From Mobula hypostoma (lineage: Eukaryota): a DNA stretch of 64,000 nt. How positions within the stretch are numbered: position 1 is the first letter of the stretch; the number at the start of each line of letters is the position of its first letter. A model generated the notes under the pieces. That model made no database searches, had not been told where the DNA came from, and saw nothing but the letters and a program-made list of their open reading frames with translations. Below, in pieces: positions 26,219 to 38,325 of the stretch. The position numbers were made by a program, and so were the translations under genes. Where the stretch lies: assembly GCF_963921235.1 (NCBI RefSeq), contig NC_086097.1, positions 148,740,001-148,804,000 on the forward strand, read 5' to 3'.

Positions 26219-26647
26219 TGTCACAACCACGGATTTGGCAGTGCAGTAGATACGGCAATTACGCTTGTGAATTTGCACATGTCAGCTAATTGTTATTTAA
26301 ACATGATAGTATTTAACTCCATACTTGTTGTCACAGTGCTTGTCGAGACTTGGACAGAGCACAGCAATGCTTCACTTTTGTTTGTATCGGCCTTGCCTGA
26401 GAAAATCGGACTGTGGAGTCAACTGTCTCTGAAGACTCACAGTATTTGTTTAATAATTAGTTGTTCTTTTCAGCCGCAGTGTAGGCTTCGGTTCCCATTT
26501 GAGAGATTTAGTTAACGGCCCTGTCTGGCCTAGCGTTTATTGTTTTATTTTCCTTTGAACACTGTTCTCATTAAAGTTTTGTGAACTATCGACCTGCTTC
26601 AGTGTCTCTCATTCCGCACTTGGGCCACTATCCGAACCGTGGTGACA
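26219..26647 (+). mobile_element. solo LTR (429 bp) inserted in CR1
   Basis: TGTCAC...GTGACA termini; 5-bp TSD aaacc/gaacc (one mismatch); ATTAAA at 26570-26575; CR1 sequence resumes on both sides. Confidence 0.78.
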
Positions 26648-27279
26648 GAACCAGCAGTGATTCCTGCAGCACTCCAATAGTCACTGGCCTCCAATCAGGG
26701 AGGCAACAATTTAGTACCACTCTCTGGCTTCTCCCACAAAGCCAATGTCTAAACTAATTCTCTACCTTATCTTGAACGCCAAGTGACTGAACCTTCTTAA
26801 CCAACCTCCCAGGTGGACCATATCAAATACTTTCCTCAAGTCCTTGTAGACAACATCTACTACCTTGCCTTAACTAACTTTCCTGATAACCTCTTCTAAA
26901 AACTCTATAAGGTTGGTTAGACATAAAACCATGCTGACTACCCATAAACAAGCTCACCAGCCTCTAATTTCCTGGTTTAGTGTTAAAGCCTTACTCCAAT
27001 CCTCCAGTATCTCTGTTAGGGCCCCTCCAATTTCTGCACTTGCCTCCCACAGGGTCTGAGGAAACACCTTATCAGGCCCTGAGGATTTACCTACTTTAAT
27101 ATACCTCAACACAGCAAACACACCTTGCTCAGTAATCTGTATAAGGTCCATGACGTCCATGACCTCCCTGCTTCTTTACCTCACTTCTATAGGCTATGCG
27201 TCCATCTCCCAAGTAAATACAGATGCAAAAAATCCACTTAAGGTCTCCCTCATCTCTTTTGTCTCTCACATAGATTACC

Positions 27280-28294
27280 ATTCTGTGCGGGGGGGGGGTG
27301 TTAATCACGACCGGAATATAGGTGTTAAGTGGCTAATACATTCAATTTCATTTCTAAAAGGGTCTATCTAACGAATTTAATATTAAACACACAGCGCCTC
27401 TTTTCCTCGCATGAATTTAGTGATATGTCAATTATCGGGGAGGACAGGGGAGCTTGAAGTAAGTGTTGAACGAACTTCCAGTAGAAGTGGCAAAAGCAGG
27501 TTCGATATTGTCATTTAAAGAAAGATTGGATAGCTATATGGACAGCAAAGGAATGGAGGGTTATGGGCTGAGTGCAGGTCGGTGGAACTAGGTGAGAGTA
27601 AGCATTCGGCACGGACTAGAAGGGCAGAGATGGCCTGTTTCCATGCTGTAATTGTTATATGGTTATATAAGTCACTTATAAGTCAATAGCATCACAACAT
27701 TTTAAGTAATGTTTGGATATTAAACACACAGCACATATTTTCCCCGTATGAACATATAAAATCATTGCAACACACCAATATCGCCCTGGGCTTGTTTCCC
27801 TGCAACAAGACAGTCCCATCGAGGGGTGATGGGAGACAGCGATACTCGAAGAAGGTTCCTTATTTCCAGTCTATTCCACAATTTAGTTTTCGTTGCATTC
27901 ATTGCAGGGATATGATGTTGGAAATGGAAGCAACGTTTTCAGTGCTTTTGTGGCTATCTCAGGATATTCAGCCTTGACTTTGATCCAGAATGCCGGCAGA
28001 GGTGTTATGTCAAACATACTTTTCAGCCCGCTGTCATTTGCAAGCTCGAGGAGTTGATCTCCTTCCCGCGCTGACATGGATGACGCATGGGTAATGACCT
28101 CGTGTGCGTTCAAGTTCAACAGTGGCCGTGACAGGGAATGAGGAAAGGTGCAGCTGACTCATATCGCCAAATCATATGGTTTCCTCGCAGCCCGGTAGCG
28201 CATGCTTTGCGGCCCGGTACCGCATGTTTGCAGCCCGGTACCGCATGCTTTGCGGCCCGGTACCTGTCCGTGGCCTGGTGGTTGGGGACCACTG
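27280..28294 (-). mobile_element. non-autonomous hAT (Charlie/Buster-like) element, one end deleted
   Basis: TIR cagtggtccccaacc at the right end; transposase C-terminal dimerisation-domain fragment FWIKVKAEYPEIATKALKTLLPFPTSY; inverted homologue of 61327-62545; three short tandem subterminal repeats at ~28190-28264. Confidence 0.85.
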
Positions 28295-30226
28295 CCCTAC
28301 ACAAACTTCTGTCACCTGCTCTGTCTCAATCCCTAATAAGAGATCAAGTATCACACACCGTCAGTGGGACTTTTATGTACTGATTAAGGAAATGTTCCTG
28401 AACACATTTCACAAACTCTTTCCCACCTGCTCCTTTGAGAGTATGGGAGTGCAAGTCAATATTTGGAAAATTAAATCTCCTACTATAACAACCTTATGTT
28501 TCTTGCAACAGTCTGTGACCTCTCTCCAGATTTGTTCCTCTAAATTGCGCAAACTTTGGGTATTCTGAAATATAGCCCTGTTAACATGGCTATACATTTC
28601 TTATTCCTCAGTTCCACCCATAAAATCTCTCTAGATGAGTTCTCCAGTCTGTCCTGACTGAGCACTGTGGTGACTTTTTCCCTGCCTAGTAATAGTACCC
28701 CTTCCCCTTTAATCCCTCCAGCTTTGTCGTATCTAAAACAACAGTACCCTGGAATATTGAGCTCCTAGTCCTGCCCCTCCTGTAGCCAAGTCTCACTAAT
28801 GGATACAATATCATAATTCCATGTGTTGATCCATGCCCTGAGCTCGTCTGCCTTTCATACGATACTTCTTACATTGAAATGTACGCAGCTCAGGACATTA
28901 GTTGCACTATTCTCAACCCTTTTGATTCCTGACTTTGTCTGAAGTCTTAACAACATCTGCCTCTGTAACCGCTCCACTATCTGTTCTGGTAGTCTGGTTC
29001 CTATCCTTCTGCAACTCTAGTTAAACTCCCCTGCCCCCAGCCCCATGCAGCCCTAGCAAACCTTTCCCACTAGGATATTAGTCCCCCTCCAGTTCAAGTG
29101 CAAACTGTCTCTTCTGTACAGGTCCCACCTTCCCTGGAGAAGAGCCCAATGATCCAAAAAACTGACGCCCTCCCTCCTACAACAAGTCCTTAGTCATGTG
29201 TTAAACTGCATGATCTTCCTATTTCTGGCCTGACTAGCACATGGCATGGGTAGCAACCCTGAGATCACAACCCCGGATGTCCTGTACTTTACTTAGCACC
29301 TTATTACTCACTGTGCAGAACCTCAGCTCTCTTCCTTGCTATGTCATTGGTACCTACAGTACATGGACCACGACCTCTTACTGCTCACCTTCCCAATTAA
29401 GAATGCTGAGGACTTGATCCAAGATGTTCCAGACACTGGCACCAAGAAAGCAATATACCATCCAGGAATCTCATTCTCATCCACAGACTTCCTTCTGTTC
29501 CCCTATCACCACAGCTCACCTCCTCTCCCTACCGTTTGATTCAGAGTTCATCCAGTTCCAGCTACAACTCTTTATTGCGAAGTGTTAGAAGCTGAAACTG
29601 GATGCATCTCTTGCAGGTGAAGTTGGTAGAGAGACTGGAAGTCTCCCTGCTTTCCCACATCCCTCAAGAGGAGCATTCAACTATCCTGCCTGGCATCCTT
29701 ACTGTTAGATCTGTGCAAATATAAAGAAGGAAGCACTAAATAAACTGGGGGAAAAAAATCTACCTACAGCTTTTTCACCTTCTCTCATTTAATCCTCTCC
29801 TCGCTGAAGCCTCAAAGAGCTAAAGCCTCAAATAACCACTCTAACACTGTCCACTCCAACAAAATCTGCTCCAAGAATTGTCACTCTGCTTATTTTTATT
29901 TGTTTTTGCCATTCAATCCTGATCGCTGATTGGCTGCTGTTCAAAAACCAAACTGCTGCGAATTTATGCTCACGGCGCTCAATCGGCAAAAACAAATGAA
30001 CTACGTGTTGTCACGCTTCTAATCACTAATCGGCTTTGAACATCAAAACATGGAGGCACCTTCACAAACTCCACAGCCCCCAGTGACACTGTGATTTCAG
30101 TCTCTGGGGCCAATGAGAAAATTTTTCAGGAGGGTGAACTCACAGAAAGCATCTGGTTCAGATCAGATAGCTGGCTAAGTACTAAAGACCTGTGCTGATC
30201 AACAGGCTGGAGTGTTCACCAGTATC

Positions 30227-31323
30227 TTTCTTAATGGTACTTACGTGCAGGACCCAGCACAGGTCCTCTGAAATGCTAACTCTGAGGAATTTAAAGTTAC
30301 TGACCCTCTCCACCTCTGATCTCCTAGTGAGGACTGACTACACTGACCTCCAGTTTCCTCTTCCTGAAATCAATAATCAGTGCCTGGTCTTGCTGACATT
30401 GAATGAGAGGCTAACAACAGGAATTCTGCGGAGGCTGTTGTTGTGGCATCACTCAGCCCGATTTTCAATCTCCCTCCTATATATCGATTCATCACCACCT
30501 TTGATTCACCAGCACCTTTCACTTCAGCAGTCTGAGATACCCACCTGCTTCAACTGTACCGGTGCCTAAGAAGAACATGGTGACCTGCCTCAATGACTAT
30601 CGTCCAGTAGCACTTACATCCACTGTGATGAAGTGCTTTGACAGGTTAATGATGAAACATAACAATTCCTGTGACTTGGATCTACTATCATTTGCCTCCT
30701 GTCACAACAGGTCAACACATCTGGACAGTGAATACATCAAGATGCTATTCATTGACAGCAGCTCGGCATTCAGTACAATGATGCCCTCAAAACAAATCAA
30801 TAAGCTTCAAGACCTTAGCTTCAATACCTCCTTGTGCAACTGGATCATCAATCTCCTCAATTACAGACCCCTATCAGTTCAGATTGGCAACAACATCTCC
30901 TCCACAGTCTCCATCAGAACAGATGCTCAATAAGCCTGTGTGCTTAATCCCTTATTCTACTCGCTTTATACTTCTAACTGTTAGCATAAGCACAGTTCCA
31001 ATCCCATATTTTAGTTTACTGGCAACACCACTGCTGTTGGCCAAATCAAAGGTGGTGATGAATCGATATATAGGAGGGAGATTGAAAATCGGGCTGAGTG
31101 ATGCCACAACAACAGCCTCCGCAGAATTCCTGTTGTTAGCCTCTCATTCAATGTCAGCAAGACCAGGCGCTGATTATTGATTTCAGGAAGAGGAAACTGG
31201 AGGTCAGTGTAGTCAGTCCTCACTAGGAGATCAGAGGTGGAGAGGGTCAGTAACTTTAAATTCCTCAGAGTTAGCATTTCAGAGGACCTGTGCTGGGTCC
31301 TGCACGTAAGTACCATTAAGAAA
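30227..31323. repeat. 280-bp near-perfect inverted duplication (arms 30227-30506 and 31044-31323; 537-bp spacer)
   Basis: Arms are reverse complements with one difference seen (C/R in the matching ORF translations 30192+ and 31011-). Confidence 0.92.
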
Positions 31324-31778
31324 AAAGCATGGTGGTGCCTCTACTTCCTCAGATGTTTGCGAAGATTTGGCATGTTATGTAAAATTTTGACAAACTTATA
31401 TAGATGTGTGGTGGAGAGTATATTGATTGGTTGTTTCATGGCCTGGTATGGAAATGTCAATGTCTTTGAATAGAAAAGCCACAAAAAGTCCAGTCTTCCC
31501 ACCTTCTTATAGCTCAGTCCATCACAGGTAAAGTCCTCTCCACTATTGAGCACATCTACATTGAGAGCCGTTGCAAGATAGTAGCATCCATCATCAAGGA
31601 CCCCATAATTTCTTCTTGCTGCTGCCATGAGGAAGAAAGTACGGGAGCCTCAGGACCCACACCACCAGGTCAGTTATCACCCCTCAGGCGTCAGGCTCTC
31701 GAACCAGTGGGGATAACTTTACTCAACTTTACCCACCCCATCACTGAACTGTTCCCACAATCTATGGACTCACCTTCA

Positions 31779-31873
31779 ATGTCCTGCCAAAGGGATTCAC
31801 CCAAAGCATTGACTATACTTTTTTTCCATAGATGCTGCCTGTCCTGCTGAGTTCCTCCAGCATTTTGTATGTG
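31779..31873 (+). mobile_element. PLE terminal module inserted in a Rex1 3' UTR
   Basis: Degenerate hammerhead start 'gtcctgccaaaggg' plus gatgctgcctgtcctgctgagttcctccagc; flanked by ~13-bp imperfect TSD gactcaccttcaa/gactctctttcaa. Confidence 0.7.
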
Positions 31874-32457
31874 TGACTCTCTTTCAAGGACTCTTTATCT
31901 CACGTTCTCAATACTTATTGTTCATGTATTTATTTATTATTACTATTCCTGTTTTTTTTCTTTATGTATTTGCACAGTTTGTTGTCTTCTGCACATTGGT
32001 TGTTTATCCATCCTGTTGGGTGCAGTCTTTCATAGATTCTTGCCTTCAAGAAAATGAATCTCAAGGTCGTATGTGCTGACATATATGTACTTTGACAATA
32101 AATTTACTTCAAACTTTGAAGTCAATGAAGTCCACAGTGATTGACAATGGGAAATCTTTCAGTGAGCTCTATGAGAAGCTCTTTTTAAGCCACTCTTTCA
32201 ATTGGTCATTTCAAGCTACAGAATTGTGAAAAATAATGAAGTCTCAGCAGCTTAAATAGAAGCAGTGGAAGTACCTGTTTAACTCAACTCACAATCTGAT
32301 CACTATGATGTCTTAGTTTCCTGTGTATTCACTCTTGAAAAGCACTCTTTGATCTAAGCCTACTAATTTCAAACCTGTGAATAAAAGAGGGTCCCTAGAA
32401 AATGGATATTTCATCTCAACATGCTCCATTAAAGTCAATGCTAAGTTTATTGACATA

Positions 32458-32955
32458 CGAGGGGTGATTGATAAGTTCGTGGCCTAGGGTAGAAGGAGTC
32501 AATTTTAGAAAACCTAGCACATTTATTTTTCAACATAGTCCCCCCTACATGTACACACTTAGTCCAGCGGTCGTGGAGCATACGGATCCCTTCTTTGTAG
32601 AAGTCGGCGTCTTGGACCTCCAGAAGTGGTCCACAGCAGGGGTGATTGATAAGTTCGTGGCCTAAGGTAGAAGGAGATGAGTTATTAACTTCAAACTTTC
32701 TGCATTTTCACTCAAAGAGTTGAACTACACATGCATGTAACGGGAGCTGCATAACTCATCTCCTCCTACCTTAGGCCACGAACTTATCAATCACCCCTGC
32801 TGTGGACCACTTCTACAAAGAAGGGATCCGTATGCTCCATGACCGCTGGATTACGTGTGTACATGTAGGGGGGACTATGTTGAAAAATAAATGTGCTAGG
32901 TTTTCTAAAATTGACTCCTTCTTCCTTAGGCCACGAACTTATCAATCACCCCTCA
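32458..32955. mobile_element. mariner-derived palindromic MITE with nested internal TIRs
   Basis: TA|cgaggggtgattgataagttcgtggcct ... aggccacgaacttatcaatcacccctca|TA; arms encode a mariner transposase C-terminus (FYKEGIRMLHDRW..CV); second TIR pair at ~32639-32670 and ~32765-32797. Confidence 0.9.
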
Positions 32956-33062
32956 TATTTACAATTACATGTATGTACAGGTGCAATGTAACATTTGCAG
33001 CAGCATCACAGCCTTCCAGCGTCATAAAAGCAGCATCCGTAAGAAAAGTATAAATTGTACAT

Positions 33063-33692
33063 AAACACAAGTGATTCTGAAGATGCTGGAAATCTAAATA
33101 AACACAGACAAAATGCTGGAGGGAGGGGAATAAGCAGTTGACATTTCCGACCAAGATCCTTCGTCAGGACTGGAATGGAAGGAGGAACAAGCAAGAATAA
33201 GAAGGTGGGACGAGGGGAAGGAGTACAAGCTGACCGGTGATAGGTGAAACCAGGTGATAGGGAAGGTAGGTGGGTGGGGGAGAGGGGATGAAGTGGGGAT
33301 TTGGGAAGTGATAGGTGAAAAATGTAAAGGGCTAACGCAGAAAGAAGCTGCTCAGAGAGGAGAGTGGACCATGGGAGAAAGGGAAGAAGGGGGATCACGA
33401 GAGTGAGGTGATGGGCAGTTGAGGGGAAGAGAGGAGCTAGAATGAAGAATAGAAAAAGAGAGGAGGGGAAGGGGGAGAAGTTATCGGCAATTAGAGAAAT
33501 CAACGTTCATACCACCAGGTTGAAGGCTACACAGGTGGAATATGAAGTGTTGCTTCTTCAGCCTAAGAGTGGCTTTATCATGGCAGAAGAGGAGGCCATG
33601 AACCAATTTGCCTGAATGGGAATGGAAAGTAGAATTTAAATGGGTGGCCACTCAGAAAACTTGCCCTTTGTGTCAGGCAGAGCAAAGGTTCT
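33063..33692 (-). mobile_element. PLE 3' fragment (older subfamily) with degenerate hammerhead at 33136-33171
   Basis: Homologous to 10800-11446; minus strand agtc-CTGACGA-aggatcttggtcg-GAAA-tgTC-aact. Confidence 0.8.
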
Positions 33693-34124
33693 CGACTGCC
33701 ACGACGAGACTTTTAAGGTCCTCCCGCCTCCTTAGAATTGGCTCTAAGTACAGTCTGAGTTGGACACTGTTCACAATGAAGAGGCGTGTGAGTGGGTGCA
33801 TGTCTCTCTGCTTGCAAACGAGAGATTACTTCACATATGCTAAATTACATAAATAGGTGAGGAATGTGCTCATATCTGGCGTCTCTCTGCTCATGTGCAG
33901 CATCCTTCCCTCTGTCTGGGGAAGGCAGTTAGCTGCTCACATCCAGAATCACTCTGATCCTGCAGAACCATAAGCAGCTCAAAGATTATCTCCCTGTGTT
34001 CACACTGACCCAAACAATATGCTCACAGGTGGCAAAGATGTTAAATTACTCCTTGGTAGCAGAGCTGCTCATGTGTTTCAGAGACACTAAACACTGAACT
34101 GGATTAAGGATACGGCTAGTAAGA

Positions 34125-35300
34125 AACAGTCAACGGTGGTGACGAATCAGCATATAGAAGAGAGATTGAAAAACTGGCTGAATGGTGCCACAACAACTCT
34201 CACTCAACATCAGCAAAATCAAAGAGATGATTATTGATTAAAAGAGGAGGGAACCAGAGGTCAATGAGCCAGTCCCCATTAGAGGGTCAGAGGTGGAGAG
34301 GGTCAGTAACTTTAAATTCCTTGGCATTATAATTTCAGAGGATTTGACATGGGTCCAGCACATAAAGGCCATTACAAAGAAGTAGGTGCCTCTACTTCCT
34401 TAGAAGTTTGCAAAGATTCAGCATGTCATCTTAAACTTTGACAAACCTCTGTAGATGCCCAATGGAGAGTATACTAACTAGATGCATCATGGCCTGGTAT
34501 GGAAACACCAACACCCTTGAGTGGAAAAGCCGACACAAAGTAGTGGATATAGGTCAGTCCATCACAGGTAAAGTGCTCCACACCATTGAGCACATCCAGA
34601 AGGAGCACTGTTGCGGGAGAACAGCATCCATCATCAAGGACCTCACCACTCAGGCCATACTGGCTTCTTCCTGCTGCCATCAGGAAGGAGGTAAAGGACC
34701 CTTCGGTCCCACTCAGCAGATTCAGGAAGTTATTACTCCTCAGTCATCAGGCTTCTGAACCAGATTGGACAACTTAACTCACCCCAACACTGAAATGATT
34801 CCTATGGACTCACTTTCAAGGAACTCTGCAACTCATGTTCTCAATATTAGTTAGTTATGCATCTATCTATCTATTTATTTATTTATATCTATCATTATTT
34901 TGTTTTTTTTTTCTTTTCTTGTATTTATGCAATTTGCTGTCTTTTGCATGTTGGTTGTTGGTATGTCTTTGCATGCAGTTTTCGTTGATCCTATTATGTT
35001 TCTTTGTACTTATTGTAAATGCCTGCAAGAAAGTTGGTATATAGTGACATATGTACTTTGATAATAAAAACAACAGGAATTCTGCAGATGCTGGAAATTC
35101 AAGCAACACACATCAAAGTTGCTGGTGAACGCAGCAGGCCAGGCAGCATCTGTAGGAAGAGGTGCAGTCGATGTTTCAGGCCGAGACCTGAAACGTCGAC
35201 TGCACCTCTTCCTACAGATGCTGCCTGGCCTGCTGCGTTCACCAGCAACTTTGATGTGTGTTACTTTGATAATAACTTTGCTTTCACCTTTTGAACTTTG
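34125..35300 (+). mobile_element. Rex1/Babar-type LINE 3' portion
   Basis: Translation VERVSNFKFLGI, ESILTRCIMAWYGN, ASIIKD; tail ...tttgaactttga. Confidence 0.85.
35068..35261. mobile_element. fold-back (palindromic) PLE mini-insertion
   Basis: Two inverted PLE terminal modules with ~75-bp paired arms, centred on hammerhead stem II; 14-bp TSD tactttgataataa (35054-35067, 35262-35275). Confidence 0.9.
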
Positions 35301-36431
35301 AAAAACAAGGCTTCGGCAAGGAGAGGCTTCAGTGAGAGAAGGAAAAGAAGCTGTAGGTAGAACTCCTCCCCCCACCCCCACTTATTGTTCTTCCTTCTTT
35401 ATATTCGCTCAGTCAGAATAGTAGAGAGGCCAGGCTGGATAGCAGAATGTTCCTTTTGCAAGATGTGGGAAGGCAAGGAGACCTCCGGTGCCCCTGACAA
35501 CTATACCTGCAAGAAGAGTGCATCTAACTGCAACTTCTAACACTCTGCATTAAGGAATCGGAACTGGAACTGGATGAACTCTGCATCATCTGGGAGGCTG
35601 AGGGGGAAATTGATAGGACATATAGAGAGATAGTTACACCCAAGGTGGAAAATGGGTGACGGTCAGGAAGGGGAAGGGGTTAAACAGCCAGTGCAGAGTA
35701 CCCCTGTGGATATCCCTCTCAACAACAGGTACACCACTGTGGATACTCCGGAGGAAGTGGGGAGAAGAAGTGAGCTGTGGTAATAGGAGAATTGTTAGTT
35801 AGGGAACAGAAAGGAGGTTTTGTGGATGAGAATGAGATTCCCCAGCATTCTTAAATGAGAGGGTGAACAGCCAGAAGTTGTGATCCCTGTAGGTACCAAT
35901 GAAATAGGAAGGAAGAGTGGCGAGGTTCTGCAAAATGAGTTCAGGGAGTTAGGGGCTAAGTTAAAGGACAGGACCTTCAGGAATGTGATCTCAGGATTGC
36001 TATCCATGCCATGTGCTAGTAAGACAAGAAGTAGGAAGATTATACAGTTTAACACATGGCTAAGGAGTTGGTATCAGAAGGAGGGCAAAGGATTTTTGGA
36101 TATTTGAACTCTCTTTCAGAGAAGGTGGAACCTGTGCAGAAGAGACAGTTTGCATCTGAACCAGAGGGGGAATAATATCCTAGCAGGATGGTTTGCTAGT
36201 GCTTTTCGGTGGGATTTAAACTGGAGTTGCATGAGGATGGGAACCAGAGTGCCAGGACAGTTAGTAGAGAAGTTGTGGAGACAAATGTTGTTAAGACCTC
36301 AGACAAAGTCAGGAATCAAAATTCAGCATGGTGCAACTAGTGTCCTGAGCTGTGTATATTTCAATGCAAGAAGTATCGTGGGAAAGGCAGACGAGTTCAG
36401 GGCATGGATCAACACATGGAATTATGATATT

Positions 36432-36833
36432 CTCTAACTTCCGCTAGGCCCCACCTCCCCCTCGTACCCCAGCTGTTACTCATTTTTATGCACACATTCT
36501 TTCTCTCACTCTCCTTTTTCTCCCTCTGTCCCTCTGAATATACCTCTTGCCCATCCTCTGGGTCACCCGCCCCCCCCCCCCGTCTTTCTTCCCGGACCTC
36601 CTGTCCCATGATCCTCTCGTATCCCCTTTTGCCTATCACCTGTCCAGCTCTCGGCTCTATCCCTCCCCCTCCTGTCTTCTCCTATCATTTTGCATCTTCC
36701 CCTCCCCCTCCAGCTTTCAAATCCCTTACTCACTCTTCCTTCAGTTAGTCCTGACGAAGGGTCTCGGCCTGAAACGTCGACTGCGCCTCTTCCTATAGAT
36801 GCTGCTTGGCCTGCTGCGTTCACCAGCAACTTT
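36432..36833 (+). mobile_element. PLE 3' fragment inserted in CR1 endonuclease region
   Basis: Closely matches 11005-11402; perfect 13-bp TSD gaattatgatatt (36419-36431, 36834-36846). Confidence 0.9.
36746..36783 (+). ncRNA. minimal type-I hammerhead ribozyme motif
   Basis: agtc-CTGACGA-a-gggt(ctcg)gcct-GAAA-cgTC-gact, identical to the motif at 11314-11351. Confidence 0.8.
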
Positions 36834-37219
36834 GAATTATGATATTGTAGCCATTAAGGAGACATTGTTGCAGGAGGGTCAGTACAACCGATATTATGGG
36901 GTTTTGTTGTTTTAGACGTGACAGAGCAGGGGGGATTAGAGGAGGAGGGGTGGTGTACGAGACAGGGAGAATGTCATGACAGTGTTCAGTAAGAGACAAG
37001 AGAACTCATCTTGTGAGGCATTATGGGTGGAACTGCGAAATAAGAAAGGTATGACCACGTTAATGAACTTATGTTACAGATCACCCAGCGGTGATTTAGT
37101 GGAATAAATTTGTAGAGGGATTGCAGACTGCTGCAAGAAACATAAGTTTGTTGTAGTAGGTGATTTTAACTTTCCACATATTGACTGAGACTCACATACT
37201 ATAAAATGGCTAGATGGAA

Positions 37220-38325
37220 TAAAGACGAGAAAATCTGCAGATGCTGGAAATCTGCATCTCAATGTAGTATGGCAATTGTCCAGTATTGGACTGCAAAGCA
37301 CTCCAGTGTGTGGTGATTGGCACCCAATTGACCACCATTGAGAACATCTACCATAAACACTGTCTAGGCAGGGTGAAAAGCATTATCAGGAATGCAGCCT
37401 AACCATGGACTTTTTACTCTCCTCCCAGCCGGTAGGCGCTACAGGAGCCTCCGCTCCCGCACCAGCAGGCACAGGAAAAGCTTCTTCCCAGAGGCAGTGA
37501 CCCTGCTGAACCTCACATCACAGCGCTAAGCAGTATTGCACCATATTGTACTGTCTCAGTACTTTTATATTTGTGTGCTGTAGCACTTACTTTTTATTCA
37601 CAGTTATTTTGTAAATAACACTATTCTTTGCATTTCTGGTCAGATGCTAACTGCATTTCATTGGCTTTGTATCTGTACTCGGCACAATGACAATAAAGTT
37701 GAATCTAATCTAATCTAAGTCCAAGTAACACAACACAAAATGCTGGAGGAAATCAGCAGGCTAGGTAGCATTTATGGAAAAGAGTAAACAGTAGACGTTT
37801 CAGGCCAAAACCCTTCAATAAAAGATGAAAAGTTAGAGCAAGAAGGTGGGGGAGGGGAGGAAGTTGGTAGGTAATTGGAGAAACTGGGAGAGGAGGAGTG
37901 GCGAAGTAAAGAGCTGGGAAGTTGATCAGTGAAGGAGACAAAGGGCTGGAGAAGGGGGAATCTAATAGGAGAGGACAGAGATCATGGAAGAAAGAAAAGG
38001 GGGAAGGAGCACGAGAGGGAGCTGATGAGCAGTTAAGGAGTGGAGCTGAGAGGGGGAAATGGGAATAGGAATGGTGAAGGGAGGAGCAATTACTGGAAGT
38101 TTGAGAAATCAATTTTCATGCCATCAAGTTGGAAACTACCCAGATGGAATATAAGGTGTTGCTCCTTCAACCTGAATGTGGCCTCATCACAGCAGTAGAG
38201 GAGATCATGGATTGACATGTTGGAATGGGAATGGGAAGTAGAATTGAAATGGGTGGCCACCGGGAGATCACGCTTTCTTTGGTGAAGAGGTATCGCAATC
38301 TATGGCAGGTCTCATCGGTATCACT
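37220..38325 (-). mobile_element. PLE 3' fragment, split by a Rex1-like insertion
   Basis: Terminal 30 bp at 37220-37250, remainder at 37719-38325 with GIY-YIG C-terminal homology (PVATHFN on the minus strand). Confidence 0.8.
37252..37718 (+). mobile_element. Rex1-like LINE 3' end with (aatct)n tail
   Basis: Translation VWYGNC, FTLLPAGRRYRSLRSRTSRHRKSFFP; tail aataaagttgaatctaatctaatctaa. Confidence 0.8.

Larger units (their letters stand above)
25312..29950 (-). mobile_element. near full-length CR1 LINE (ORF1, endonuclease, RT), decayed; hosts a solo LTR and a hAT element
   Basis: Minus strand LGLYSFERRRLRGDLIEVYKIM, ELNPDKCEVL, KSSGPD, ILDLLLG, VVIVGD; ORF1-like region at ~29000-29700 homologous to 35440-36230. 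Confidence 0.85.
24645..32120 (+). mobile_element. Rex1/Babar-type LINE split by a CR1 insertion (parts ~24645-25310 and ~30035-32120)
   Basis: 5' part EYKRSRYDLWKAI...DELN; resumes with [61 protein letters not shown]; tail 'aataaatttacttcaaactttgaa'. Confidence 0.8.

Noticed and set aside
28190..28264. Short tandem repeat resembling a CRISPR or iteron array
   Set aside because: Contiguous repeats without spacers; subterminal repeats of the hAT element.
30192..31316. Two near-identical ORFs on opposite strands as duplicated genes
   Set aside because: Antisense readings of a Rex1 fragment duplicated by the local inversion.
35010..35381. Recurrent ORF peptides such as MLVNAAGQAAS.GRG.VDVSGRD (also at 11200, 21377, 36563, 39360, 47384) suggesting a gene family
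   Set aside because: They are translations of the non-coding PLE terminal module in various frames.
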